From assembly GCA_015231915.1 (NCBI GenBank), contig JADGAR010000018.1:4457-68456 (forward strand): 64,000 nt of DNA. The letters run 5' to 3'. Below are positions 25,583-35,298 of this stretch, one piece after another. The DNA comes from Magnetococcales bacterium (GTDB taxonomy: Bacteria; Pseudomonadota; Magnetococcia; Magnetococcales; Magnetaquicoccaceae). Numbering within the stretch: the first letter of the stretch is position 1; every line of letters begins with the position of its first letter. The notes under the pieces are model-generated. The model was not told the origin of the DNA and did no database searches. It saw nothing but the letters and a program-made list of their open reading frames with translations. The translations under genes and the position numbers were made by a program.

Positions 25583-27066
25583 GCGCCGGTCGCACCATAC
25601 TGGTGGCCGACGACGACCGGGCCGTGCGCTTCGTGCTGGAACAGGCGCTGACCCGTGCCGGATTCGCGGCGCGCTGTTTCGAAAACGCCCGCGCTCTGCT
25701 CGAATGTGCGGCCCAGGGGATCGGGGATCTGGTGATCACCGACATCATGATGCCGCACGGATCGGGGCTGGATCTGCTCAAGACCCTCAAGGGGAGCCGT
25801 CCCCGCATGCCGGTGATCGTGATCACGGCCCAGAGCACTCTGGGGCATGCGGTGCAGGCCTTCGAGGCAGGGGCGTTCGAATACCTCTCCAAGCCGTTCG
25901 ACATCCATCAGGTGGTGGAACTGGCGCGGCGCGCCCTGGAACAGACCCATCTGCCGGTCCCCCGCGACCCCGCCCCGGAACCGGATCGCTTCGGCGGGGT
26001 GATCGGCGCCTCGCGCGCCATGCAGGAGCTGTATCGCACCATTGGCCGGCTGGCCAGCTCGGAGATGACCGTCCTGATCCACGGCGAGTCCGGCAGCGGC
26101 AAGGAGCTGATCGCCCGTGCCGTTCACGCCAACAGTCCCAGGCGCAACGGGCCGTTCGTGGCGGTCAACATGGCCGCCATTCCCCCCAACCTGATCGAAA
26201 GCGAACTCTTCGGCCACGAAAAGGGGGCCTTCACCGGGGCAGTCGCCCGGCATGTGGGTCACTTCGAGCGCGCCCGTGACGGGGCCTTGCTCCTGGACGA
26301 GATCGGCGACATGCCCCCGGAGGCCCAGACCCGTCTGTTGAGGGTGCTCCAGGACGGTTGCTTCACCCGTGTCGGCGGCTCCGAGACCGTGCGCACCAAC
26401 GTAAGGATCATGGCCGCGACCCATCAGGACCTCCCGGCTGCCATCGCCGCCGGGCGCTTTCGCGAGGATCTCTTTCACCGGTTGAACGTGACCCAGCTGC
26501 ATCTCCCCTCCCTGCGCTCCCGGCGGGAGGATCTGCCTTTGCTGGCGGAATTTTTCCTGCAGCGCACCGCCCGCGAGTTGCGGGTGGCCCCCAAGCGGTT
26601 CACTCCGGAGAGCATGGAGCGCCTGATGGCCTATGACTGGCCCGGCAACGTGCGCGAACTGGAGAACCTGATTCGCCGGGTGATGGCCCTGGCCCCTGGC
26701 AGCGAGATCCATCCGGAATACCTGCGCCTGCCCTCCGGGATCGCGCGCACGGGACAGGCCGCGCCGGTCCGTGGCCCGGCGGAAGGGGCCAAAGGTCCCT
26801 CCCGTGCCCTGGAGGAGGCGGTGGAACAGGCCGTGGCCCATTATTTGACTGGACGCGGGAGCGAAGATCTGTATGATACCATCATTCGGCGGGTCGAAAA
26901 CGCCCTGCTGGGCCATGTTCTGCGGGAGGTCGGCGGCAATCAGGTCAAGGCGGCGCGCCTTCTGGGGATCAATCGCAACACCCTGAGAAAAAAAATGCGG
27001 GAATTGCCCCGATCCACGGGCGAGTCGGGCGACCGAAACCTTGACACCGTGCTCGCGCCTTTTTAG
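25579..27066 (+). CDS. ntrC: Sigma54 enhancer-binding response regulator NtrC
   Basis: REC (DLVITDIMMP); GESGSGKE; GAFTGA; FREDL.HRLNV; WPGNVRELEN; Fis-type HTH GNQVKAARLLGINRNTLRKK; dusB-ntrB-ntrC synteny. Confidence 0.95.
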   Translation: MSAGRTILVADDDRAVRFVLEQALTRAGFAARCFENARALLECAAQGIGDLVITDIMMPHGSGLDLLKTLKGSRPRMPVIVITAQSTLGHAVQAFEAGAFEYLSKPFDIHQVVELARRALEQTHLPVPRDPAPEPDRFGGVIGASRAMQELYRTIGRLASSEMTVLIHGESGSGKELIARAVHANSPRRNGPFVAVNMAAIPPNLIESELFGHEKGAFTGAVARHVGHFERARDGALLLDEIGDMPPEAQTRLLRVLQDGCFTRVGGSETVRTNVRIMAATHQDLPAAIAAGRFREDLFHRLNVTQLHLPSLRSRREDLPLLAEFFLQRTARELRVAPKRFTPESMERLMAYDWPGNVRELENLIRRVMALAPGSEIHPEYLRLPSGIARTGQAAPVRGPAEGAKGPSRALEEAVEQAVAHYLTGRGSEDLYDTIIRRVENALLGHVLREVGGNQVKAARLLGINRNTLRKKMRELPRSTGESGDRNLDTVLAPF

Positions 27067-27069
27067 GAT
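27041..27069 (+). promoter_or_regulatory. Sigma70 promoter for the F0 atp operon, inside ntrC 3' end
   Basis: TTGACA-N17-TAGGAT about 40 bp upstream of atpI. Confidence 0.7.
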
Positions 27070-27107
27070 ACCCCTGGTCCGCGCAAGCGGGTGTATGCGA
27101 GGAGTGC

Positions 27108-27365
27108 ATGGAAGGACCTGTAACCCCACCACCGGCCACGAACAGCGGCATGAGCATGGCGCTGCGGATGAGCTCGGATCTGGTCGCGGCGATCTTCGTC
27201 GGCGGGGGGATCGGGTATCTGCTGGACCACTGGTGCAACACCCAACCGTGGATGACGGTGATCTTTTTCGTGTTCGGAACCGCCGCCGGCTTCCGCAACC
27301 TGTATCGGATCGCCATGGGCAGTGACCAAAACAACACAAAGACCGGAAACCGGAGCAGACCATGA
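27108..27365 (+). CDS. atpI: ATP synthase protein I (AtpI/AtpZ)
   Basis: SSDLVAAIFVGGGIGYLLDHW..T.PW..VIF...G..AGFRN. Confidence 0.9.
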   Translation: MEGPVTPPPATNSGMSMALRMSSDLVAAIFVGGGIGYLLDHWCNTQPWMTVIFFVFGTAAGFRNLYRIAMGSDQNNTKTGNRSRP

Positions 27366-28153
27366 ATTTTTCCCTTGTTGCCGAAGCGTGGGCCGAAACC
27401 GCCCCGAACGTCGCCGCCGGCGCGCCGAAACTGGATCCGCTGCACCATTTTCAGGTCGTCAATTACGTCAAGCTGGCCCCGTTCGGTTTCGACATCTCCA
27501 TCTCCAATTCGGTGGTGTGGATGTGGCTCGCGGTGGCAGTGGCCTTCGGGCTGTTCCGCTATGCCCTGCGCGCCCCCACCCTGGTCCCGGGCCGGATGCA
27601 GAGCGTGGCCGAGGCGGCCTATCTGTTCCTCGATGGCATCGTCAACGACGTGATCGGCCCCTCCGGCAAAAAATTCTTTCCCGGGATCTTCACCCTGTTC
27701 TTCTTCGTCCTGTTCTGCAACTGGTTGGGCCTCATCCCCGGTTCCTTCACCGTGACCTCCCAACTGATCGTGACCGGGACCCTGGCTTTGAGCATCTTCG
27801 TGTTGTGCATCTTTCTGGGGGTGTATCATCACGGCTGGAAGTTCCTGGGCTTTTTCGTGCCCCATGGCCTGCCTCCCTTCCTGCTCCCCCTGATCGTCCC
27901 CATCGAGGTGATCTCGTTTTTGGCCAGACCGGTCTCCCTGGCGGTGCGTCTGTTCGCCAACATGACCGCCGGCCATACCCTGCTGGGGGTGCTGTTCTTT
28001 TTCACCGTCACCCTCTCCTGGTTCGGGGCCTGGTTGCCCTTCGGATTCACGGTGGTCTTTTCCGGGTTCGAGGTGTTCATCGGTTTCATCCAGGCCTACA
28101 TCTTCACCATGTTGACTTGTGTTTACCTCAACGATGCGCTGCATCTCCATTGA
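27362..28153 (+). CDS. atpB: F0 subunit a
   Basis: P.R.QS.AE; IEVISFLARPVSLAVRLFANM.AGH; IQAYIFTMLTCVYL. Confidence 0.97.
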   Translation: MNFSLVAEAWAETAPNVAAGAPKLDPLHHFQVVNYVKLAPFGFDISISNSVVWMWLAVAVAFGLFRYALRAPTLVPGRMQSVAEAAYLFLDGIVNDVIGPSGKKFFPGIFTLFFFVLFCNWLGLIPGSFTVTSQLIVTGTLALSIFVLCIFLGVYHHGWKFLGFFVPHGLPPFLLPLIVPIEVISFLARPVSLAVRLFANMTAGHTLLGVLFFFTVTLSWFGAWLPFGFTVVFSGFEVFIGFIQAYIFTMLTCVYLNDALHLH

Positions 28154-28224
28154 CAGCGCTCGAGAGTTTGGCGTATCTACTTGACTTTGGCATTTTTTCG
28201 TTTGCGTGAGGAGAAAAAGAAATC

Positions 28225-28455
28225 ATGGAAAGCCTTCCCGCCTCTTTGATCGGAATGGGATTGGCCGCCGCAGGGTTGGGCGGCGCCGGTGTCGGACTGG
28301 GATTCATCTTCGGCAAGGCGATCGAGGCATTCGCCCGGCAGCCGAGCGCCGAGGGTCCTTTGTCCAAATACATCTGGATCGGCGCCGCGTTCGTGGAAGC
28401 CATCGCCCTGTACGGTCTGGTCCTGGCCTTCATCATCATGGGTAAAGGGGGATGA
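28225..28455 (+). CDS. atpE: F0 subunit c (H+-type)
   Basis: G-rich helix GxGxGxG, ARQP loop, AFVEAIALY. Confidence 0.97.
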   Translation: MESLPASLIGMGLAAAGLGGAGVGLGFIFGKAIEAFARQPSAEGPLSKYIWIGAAFVEAIALYGLVLAFIIMGKGG

Positions 28456-29024
28456 TTACCGAAGCCTATGCGTCGGCAGGCGCAGCGGGAAAAGAGGCTG
28501 CCGCATCCGGACTGCCGCAATTCGAGTCGAGCGTCTTCGCATCCCAGATTTTCTGGACCTTCGTCTCCTTCTTCATCCTGCTGATGCTGCTGCGCAAGTA
28601 CGTCTTGCCAGCCATCGAGACGATTCTCGATGCCCGCGCCAGCCGGATCGCCGATGAACTCCAGAAGGCCGAGGCCGGTCGCAAGGAGGCCGAGCGCCTG
28701 CAGGCCAATTTTCAGGGCCAACTCGTGGCCGCACGGCAGACGGCGGCCAAAATGATGGAAGAGGCCCGCCTGGATGCCGCCCGCATGAAGGAACAGGCCC
28801 ACGAGGAGTTGCAGCAGGAACTGACCAAAAAGAAGAACGCCGCCCTGGTCGAAATCGAACAGGCCAAGCACAAGGCCATGGAAGAGGTGCGTAACGTGGT
28901 GGTGGAGTTGTCGATGCATGTGGCCGAAAAGCTCATCGTCAAGTCCATGAACACGGAGGACGCCAATCGCATGGTTCAGGAAGCCATGACCAATCTGGGC
29001 GAGAGTCAGGCACGGCTTCATTAA
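28452..29024 (+). CDS. atpF: F0 subunit b/b' (b'-like N-terminus)
   Basis: GLPQFE...FASQIFWT...TM...P.I..ILD.R...I..EL..AE then long coiled coil. Confidence 0.9.
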   Translation: MITEAYASAGAAGKEAAASGLPQFESSVFASQIFWTFVSFFILLMLLRKYVLPAIETILDARASRIADELQKAEAGRKEAERLQANFQGQLVAARQTAAKMMEEARLDAARMKEQAHEELQQELTKKKNAALVEIEQAKHKAMEEVRNVVVELSMHVAEKLIVKSMNTEDANRMVQEAMTNLGESQARLH

Positions 29025-29027
29025 GAG

Positions 29028-29095
29028 CTTTTCCCAGCGGGAGGTTACGGTCCGCCCCTCCTTCGGACGGTCGGCCGTCTCCCGCCTGGGAAAAG
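29028..29095. terminator. 68-nt nested hairpin after atpF (terminator-like or palindromic element)
   Basis: CTTTTCCCAG/CTGGGAAAAG plus CGGGAG/CTCCCG stems, inner GTCCG/CGGAC; no downstream U-run. Confidence 0.55.
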
Positions 29096-29138
29096 AGTTT
29101 GTGCGTCGAGGGGATACCCTCAAACAAGGGGGGGTGGC

Positions 29139-30128
29139 ATGAACAGACCCGTTCGGCGCTCCCGCTACGGGATCAGGGTGGCTCTCGCTGCCATGATCGG
29201 CCTTTGCGCTTCTCCCATGGAAGCGTGGTCGGCGCAACCCCTGCGCATCACCTGCACCACCTCGATCCTCACCGCCTTGATGGATGTCGCCAAGCTGCGC
29301 GGCCTGTTCGAGCGTCACGGCGTCTTTGTGGCCATGGAGGAGGCCCCCACCTCCGAAGCGGCCATCCGCGAACTGCTCGAGGGGCGCGCGGAGATTGTCA
29401 CGGTCTCCGATCTCTCCATCGCCCTGCACGGTTTCGAGCAGCCCGGTCTGCGGGTGATGGCCACCATCGGGGTCAGTCGGGACGAATTCAAGATCCTCAC
29501 CCGCGCCAACGCCCCGGCATCCTTGCGCGACAAGGTGGTGGCGCTCCTGCCCGACTCCCCGGCGGCGCACTATTTTCTGCATCTGTTTCAACTCAAGAAT
29601 GACATGCACGTGCGGACTCCGGACTCCCCTCCCGACTCGTGGGAGAAGATCCTCGATGCCCTGGAGGCCGGAACCATCGACGGGTTCGCGGGGCGCGAGC
29701 CTTATCTGCGCGAGGCGGCCATCCGGCTGAACCAGCGGGTGACCCTGCATGCGGAACCGGGTCTTTATGAACGCAGCTTTCAGTTGCTGACCCGTCAGGA
29801 GGTGCTGGATGGCCGCCATGCCGAGGTGCGGGGCATCCTGCTTGCCCTGCTGGAAGCCCAACGGCACCTCAAGGCGGATCCGCAGGGTTTTTTTCGCACG
29901 GTTGCGGACAATACCGGGCTGAAGCCGGCAGAGCTGGAACGGGATGCCCGCCAGGTCCGCCTGAGCGTGACCCTGGATCAGGAACTGCTGCTGACCCTGG
30001 AGCATCAGGTCCAGTGGGCACGGGAGCATCGAATGGTGTCGAGGGACTCCGCAAGCGATTTCCTGCCGTTGATGAGCGTCTATCCCCTGAAGGCGCTCGT
30101 TCCGCACATGGTCAACATCATCCGGTGA
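29139..30128 (+). CDS. Periplasmic substrate-binding protein (NMT1/SsuA-like), probable sensory partner of the downstream kinase
   Basis: Signal peptide; A...GLFE.HG..V; class II PBP pattern ...L..G.IDGF...EP; no ABC permease adjacent. Confidence 0.75.
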   Translation: MNRPVRRSRYGIRVALAAMIGLCASPMEAWSAQPLRITCTTSILTALMDVAKLRGLFERHGVFVAMEEAPTSEAAIRELLEGRAEIVTVSDLSIALHGFEQPGLRVMATIGVSRDEFKILTRANAPASLRDKVVALLPDSPAAHYFLHLFQLKNDMHVRTPDSPPDSWEKILDALEAGTIDGFAGREPYLREAAIRLNQRVTLHAEPGLYERSFQLLTRQEVLDGRHAEVRGILLALLEAQRHLKADPQGFFRTVADNTGLKPAELERDARQVRLSVTLDQELLLTLEHQVQWAREHRMVSRDSASDFLPLMSVYPLKALVPHMVNIIR

Positions 30129-30130
30129 CC

Positions 30131-33100
30131 ATGAAGATCCGCACCAAAATCTTTCTGATCGCCGCGCTGCCCACCGCCTGTCTCGTGTTTACCGCCTGGC
30201 TCCACTGGGGGGCGCACTGGGATGTCAATCAGGCGCAGCAGAAGGCGATCATGGGCAATGAAATGACCCGCACCCTCACCGAGATGACGGCGCTCTCCCA
30301 CAGCCTGCTGCTCCATCCCCACGAACGCATCCGCCGCCAGTGGCAGACGCTGTATGGCCAATTTTCGGTCACCTTCCAGTCGGGCAGACACCTCTTTTCC
30401 GACCCGGATGAGCAGTTGCTGATGGATGAAATCGCCTGGAGGTTTTCCATGGCGGACTCACTGTTCGAAGAGGTGGACCATCGCGCGGCCCATGCCGCCG
30501 GGCAACCCCTGACCCCGGAGCAGAAGGCCTATCTCGAGGAACGGAAAAACCGGCTGATCATCAAGCTGCAATCCCTCTCCCCGTTTACCGCCCAGTTGCA
30601 CGACATCAACCACACCCTGGTGGAAATCCGCGAGCAGCTGCAAAACCGCATGACCCTCGGCCTGATGGGGCTGTTGCTGCTCGCGATTCCGGCCATCACC
30701 TGGATCCTGTTGCGTCAGTTGCTGCATCCGCTGCTGAAACTCAAGGGGAATCTCGACCGCATCGGCCAGGGCGACTTTCGGGTGGCCGTGGACGCGGCAC
30801 GCAGCGACGAGGTGGGCGTGCTTTTTTCCGCCGTGGACGCCATGGCCATGCGGCTTCGCCAGAGGGAGATGGAGATTGCCCGTTTCCGTGCGCTGATGGA
30901 TCGCGCCCAGGATGCGGTCTTCGTGGTGGAACCCGGCGGACGGCTGATCGATGTCAGTCAGAAGGCGTGTCAGTCCCTGGGCTATACCCGCGAGGAGCTG
31001 CTGGCGTTGACACCCATGGATTTCGAGGCGACCTTTCCCGACCTCTCCGCGTGGGAGGCACTGGTGGCGATGTTGCGCGTTCACGCCAACCTGACCGCCT
31101 TGGGCATGCAACGCCGCAAGGACGGCTCCCTGTTCCCCGTGGAGGTGAATGCCTCCCTGATCGTGGAGGCGGATCACGAATACGTGGTCGGCCTGGTGCG
31201 GGATGTCTCGGAGCGCAAGGCCATGGAGCTGGAGCTGCGCGCCAGCGAGGAGCGTTTCCGCACCGCCTTCGAGTCCGCCACCCACGGCATCGCCCTGGTG
31301 ACCCCGGATGGCGGCTGGCTGAAGGTCAACAGGGCGCTCTGTGCCATGGTGGGGTATGGGGAGGAGGAGTTGCTGGCCAGCGACCTGCAAACGATCACCC
31401 ACCCGGATGACCTGCATATTGACCAGCCCCATGCGCAGCGTCTGCTGGCCGGGGAGGTCGCCGATTATCAGCTGGAAAAGCGTTATCTCCACAAGGATGG
31501 CCATGTGGTGTGGATCCTGCTCGGCGTCTCGCTGGTGCGTGACGCCGACGGTCGGCCCATTCACTTCGTATTGCAGATCCATGACATCTCCGAACGGAAG
31601 CGGGCCGAGCATCTCTATCGGCAGGACAATCTGTGCCAGGAGCTGTTGCTGGATCTCAATACCCAGCGCGAAAGCACGCTGCAGGAGCTGGCGCGCATGG
31701 GGGTATCCGGGGCGGCCCGCCTGACCGGCAGCGATCTGGCGTTCGTGGCCACGGTGAGTGCCGGCACTCCGGTGATTCGGGTGCTGGCCTGGTCCGAGGA
31801 GGTGATGGCCCGGTGCGCCATGCCGGATCCTTTCATCGAGTTGCCTTTGGACAAGGTCGCGCTGTTCGGCCACTCGGTGCGGACGCGCAAACCGCTGCTG
31901 GTCAATGATTACGAGGCCTGCGACCTGCCCAAACATGGTCTCCCGCAGGGCCATGTGCCGATTCGTCGTTTTCTGAGCGTACCGCTGATCCGTCAGGGCG
32001 AGGTGGTGGCCCTGCTGGGGGTGGCCAACAAGCGGGAGGAGTACGACGCATTGGACGTGGAGCTGCTCGAACGGTTCCTGGAAGGGGTGTGGTGGATCAT
32101 TCGGCACCGCATGGACGAGGCGGCGATCGTGTCGGCCAAGCAGGAGGCGGAACGGGCGAACGCGGCCAAGAGCGAATTCCTCGCCAACATGAGCCATGAA
32201 ATCCGCACCCCCATGAACACCATCATCGGCATGGGGCATCTGCTGAGCGAAAGCGCTCTCGATCTCATGCAGCGCGACCGGTTGAACAAGATCCAGGGCG
32301 CGGCGCGCAGTCTGCTGGGCATCATCGACGACATTCTCGATTTTTCCAAGATCGAGGCCGGTCATCTGGAACTGGAAAGGATCCCCTTCGACCTGGACGA
32401 GGTGTTGGAGCGGGTGGCCACCGTGATTTCCCTGCCGGCAGAGGAGAAGGGACTGGAACTGCTGTTCGACGTGCCGGTGGTGGTGCCACGTCGGTTGCGG
32501 GGGGATCCCACGCGGTTGCGGCAGGTGTTGATCAATCTGCTGTCGAATGCCGTGAAGTTCTCCTCGGAGGGGGAGATCGTCCTGCGGGTGGAGGAGGTGA
32601 GCGCCACGGAGATTGCCACCACGCTGGCATTCGCGGTGTCGGATCGGGGCATCGGCATGACGCCGGAGCAGATGGATCGGCTGTTTCAGCCCTTCACCCA
32701 GGCGGACGGCTCCACCACCCGGCATTACGGGGGGACCGGGCTGGGGTTGGCCATTTGCAGGCAGCTGGTGGAGTTGATGGACGGGCGCATCACGGTGAGC
32801 AGCGCGCCCGGCAAGGGGAGCTGCTTTCGGTTCACCGTCAGTCTGCTGCGGGCCGGGCAGACGCCGGTCAAAGCGCAGCGGGCGCGGGAGGGATGGCGCG
32901 CAGCGCGTTTTCTGGTGGTGGACGACAATGCCGTCGCGCGGGAGATTCTGGTCAACATGGTGCGCCAGTTCGGTTTCGCCGGGGAGGCGGTCGGGTCGGG
33001 GAGCGAGGCCGTCGCGGCGCTGGAACGGACGGGCGGGGAGTACGACGGCGTGCTGCTGGACTGGCGCATGCCCGGCATGGATGGCCTGGAGACCGCGCAA

Positions 33101-34312
33101 CGGATTCGCGACTCCCGGCACATCGTGCGTCAGCCGGCGTTGCTGATGGTGACCGCCTTTGGCAGCCAGGAGGTGAAGCTCCAGGCGCGTGCGATCGGCA
33201 TCGAGGCCTTTCTGGTCAAACCCGTCACCGCTTCCTTGTTGTACAATGCCATTCTGGAGCGCTTTTGCGCCTCCGGGCATGCGCCAGGATGCGCGGATTG
33301 TCCGGAGGAGGGGGTGCGACCGGAGCGGTTGCTTGCCGGCATGCGGGTTCTGGTGGTGGAGGATCATGACATCAACTGGGAGGTGACCGAGGCCATGCTC
33401 GTCAAATCCGGGGCGAGCGCGGAGCGGGCCGCGAACGGACGCCAGGCCGTGGACCGGATCCTGCTGGCGGGGTCGGGTCATTTTCATTTGGTTTTGATGG
33501 ATTTGCAGATGCCGGTGATGGACGGCTACGAGGCGACGCGGATCCTGCGCGACCGTTTCGACCGGGAAGCGTTGCCCATTGTCGCCATGACCGCCCATGC
33601 CCTGGTCGCCGAGAAGGAGCGGTGTCTGGATCTGGGGATGAACGCCTATCTGACCAAGCCGGTACAGGTCAAGGAGTTTCAGGTGATGGTGGGGCAGTGG
33701 GCGCCTGGTGGCGGTTCCTCCGCCTCCCTGACCGGGGCGCCCGTGCCTGGCGTGGCCCCGCCCACAGAACTGCCTGGCATCGATACGCAGGAGGCCCTGG
33801 AGCGTCTGGGAGGGGACGAGGCGCTGCTGGGGCGTTTGTTCAACACCTTTGTGGCACGCTACCAGGACGGGGTGGGGCATTTGGGGCGTTTGTGCGCCAG
33901 CGGCGACCGGGAAGAGGCGAAAAGATTCGTGCATGGGCTCAAGGGTGCAGCCGGCAATCTCTCTGCCCGGCGTCTGCATCTTCTGACTGCGGGGCTGGAG
34001 GAAAAATTCGTCCATGGGGAGCTCCCCGATCTCGCGGAGTGGGGAGGGGAGTTGGAGCGGGTGCTGGAGTCTGCGGCCCGTTTCGCCGGCGCGCCCGTTG
34101 CCGCACAGGAGAGCGGCGGGGTGCCGGCGGATTGGCGGGAGGTGTTGTATCGGGGGTTGCAACAGGGTGATTTTACTGTGGCTGGAACCTTTCGCAAATG
34201 GTATGCTGAGCTTTTGCGGGCGGGCTGTCCGCAGGCCGCATTGCAGGAGATGGCCGCAGCCCTCTCCCGTTTCGATTACAAGGAGGCGCTCAATTGTCTG
34301 GACCGTCTGTAG
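30131..34312 (+). CDS. Hybrid sensor kinase TM-HAMP-PAS-PAS-GAF-HisKA-HATPase-REC-REC-HPt
   Basis: RSDEVG HAMP; two PAS/PAC; GAF ..FLSVPL....VVALLGVAN; [14 protein letters not shown]; [18 protein letters not shown]; LLDWRMP, LMDLQMP; [10 protein letters not shown]. Confidence 0.93.
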   Translation: MKIRTKIFLIAALPTACLVFTAWLHWGAHWDVNQAQQKAIMGNEMTRTLTEMTALSHSLLLHPHERIRRQWQTLYGQFSVTFQSGRHLFSDPDEQLLMDEIAWRFSMADSLFEEVDHRAAHAAGQPLTPEQKAYLEERKNRLIIKLQSLSPFTAQLHDINHTLVEIREQLQNRMTLGLMGLLLLAIPAITWILLRQLLHPLLKLKGNLDRIGQGDFRVAVDAARSDEVGVLFSAVDAMAMRLRQREMEIARFRALMDRAQDAVFVVEPGGRLIDVSQKACQSLGYTREELLALTPMDFEATFPDLSAWEALVAMLRVHANLTALGMQRRKDGSLFPVEVNASLIVEADHEYVVGLVRDVSERKAMELELRASEERFRTAFESATHGIALVTPDGGWLKVNRALCAMVGYGEEELLASDLQTITHPDDLHIDQPHAQRLLAGEVADYQLEKRYLHKDGHVVWILLGVSLVRDADGRPIHFVLQIHDISERKRAEHLYRQDNLCQELLLDLNTQRESTLQELARMGVSGAARLTGSDLAFVATVSAGTPVIRVLAWSEEVMARCAMPDPFIELPLDKVALFGHSVRTRKPLLVNDYEACDLPKHGLPQGHVPIRRFLSVPLIRQGEVVALLGVANKREEYDALDVELLERFLEGVWWIIRHRMDEAAIVSAKQEAERANAAKSEFLANMSHEIRTPMNTIIGMGHLLSESALDLMQRDRLNKIQGAARSLLGIIDDILDFSKIEAGHLELERIPFDLDEVLERVATVISLPAEEKGLELLFDVPVVVPRRLRGDPTRLRQVLINLLSNAVKFSSEGEIVLRVEEVSATEIATTLAFAVSDRGIGMTPEQMDRLFQPFTQADGSTTRHYGGTGLGLAICRQLVELMDGRITVSSAPGKGSCFRFTVSLLRAGQTPVKAQRAREGWRAARFLVVDDNAVAREILVNMVRQFGFAGEAVGSGSEAVAALERTGGEYDGVLLDWRMPGMDGLETAQRIRDSRHIVRQPALLMVTAFGSQEVKLQARAIGIEAFLVKPVTASLLYNAILERFCASGHAPGCADCPEEGVRPERLLAGMRVLVVEDHDINWEVTEAMLVKSGASAERAANGRQAVDRILLAGSGHFHLVLMDLQMPVMDGYEATRILRDRFDREALPIVAMTAHALVAEKERCLDLGMNAYLTKPVQVKEFQVMVGQWAPGGGSSASLTGAPVPGVAPPTELPGIDTQEALERLGGDEALLGRLFNTFVARYQDGVGHLGRLCASGDREEAKRFVHGLKGAAGNLSARRLHLLTAGLEEKFVHGELPDLAEWGGELERVLESAARFAGAPVAAQESGGVPADWREVLYRGLQQGDFTVAGTFRKWYAELLRAGCPQAALQEMAAALSRFDYKEALNCLDRL

Positions 34313-34320
34313 GGGAGGGC

Positions 34321-35238
34321 ATGGAATCCGCCGCGCGCATGAGCGTGCTGGTGGTGGACGATGACCCGGGCATGCTGGAGACGATCGGCTCGTTGCTGGC
34401 CTCGGAATATCGGGTGCTGGTGGCCAGCTCCGCCGAGTCCGCCCTGGCCTTGGCCACCACGCAGCCGGTGGACCTGATTTTGCTGGATGTGATCATGCCC
34501 GACATGGATGGCTACGCCTTGTGCGGCGCATTGAAGAGTCACGAGGGGACCAGGGAGATTCCGGTGATCTTCGTGACCGCCAAGAGCGAGCAGCAGTTCG
34601 AGGCCGTGGGGTTTGAGCTGGGAGGGGTGGATTACATCACCAAGCCGGTCAATCCGGCCATTTTGCGTCTGCGGGTGCGCAACCATCTGGAACTCAAGCG
34701 CAAGAGCGATCAGCTCCGGGCGCTTTCGCAACGGGACGGTCTGACCGGGCTGGCCAACCGTCGCCGCATGGATCAGATGTTGGAGCAGGAGTGGCGCCAG
34801 GCCATCCGGCGCGGCAACTCCTGGCTTGCGGTGTTGTTGCTGGATGTGGATTTTTTCAAGTTGTATAATGATCATTATGGGCATCAAGCCGGCGACGAAT
34901 GTTTGCGGCAGGTGGCCATGACGTTGCAGTCGGTACTGACGCGCAGCACCGATCTGGCGGCGCGTTATGGGGGGGAGGAGTTCTGCTGCATCCTGCCGGA
35001 GACCCCCGCCAATGGGGCGGTGGCCGTGGCGGAGGAGATCCGCAATCGCATCTGGCACCTGGCAATTCCCCATGCCCGTTCCACGGTGGCCGATCGGGTG
35101 ACGGTGAGCATCGGCGTGGCTGCCATGCGGCCTGTGCAGACGCGGACCCAGCTTCAGTTACTCGAGGAGGCGGACACGCTTTTGTATGGCGCCAAACAGG
35201 GTGGGCGGAACCGCTCCCTGGCACAGGCGACTGTGTGA
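34321..35238 (+). CDS. REC-GGDEF diguanylate cyclase
   Basis: LILLDVIMP; DGLTGLANRR; DVDFFKLYNDHYGHQAGD; I-site RSTD; GGEEF. Confidence 0.95.
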   Translation: MESAARMSVLVVDDDPGMLETIGSLLASEYRVLVASSAESALALATTQPVDLILLDVIMPDMDGYALCGALKSHEGTREIPVIFVTAKSEQQFEAVGFELGGVDYITKPVNPAILRLRVRNHLELKRKSDQLRALSQRDGLTGLANRRRMDQMLEQEWRQAIRRGNSWLAVLLLDVDFFKLYNDHYGHQAGDECLRQVAMTLQSVLTRSTDLAARYGGEEFCCILPETPANGAVAVAEEIRNRIWHLAIPHARSTVADRVTVSIGVAAMRPVQTRTQLQLLEEADTLLYGAKQGGRNRSLAQATV

Positions 35239-35243
35239 TTCCG

Positions 35244-35281
35244 TCCGGACCCCTGGCAAGGAGTGACTGCCAGGGTCCGGA
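35244..35281. terminator. GC-rich hairpin between convergent genes
   Basis: TCCGGACCC(C)TGGCA-N9-TGCCAGGGTCCGGA, 14-bp stem with one bulge, no U-run. Confidence 0.55.
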
Positions 35282-35298
35282 GGGTGGGGCAGGGTGTG

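Noticed and set aside
28225-28455. Na+-translocating c subunit
   Set aside because: The essential Glu is followed by Ala (EAIALY), lacking the Ser/Thr of Na+-binding c rings
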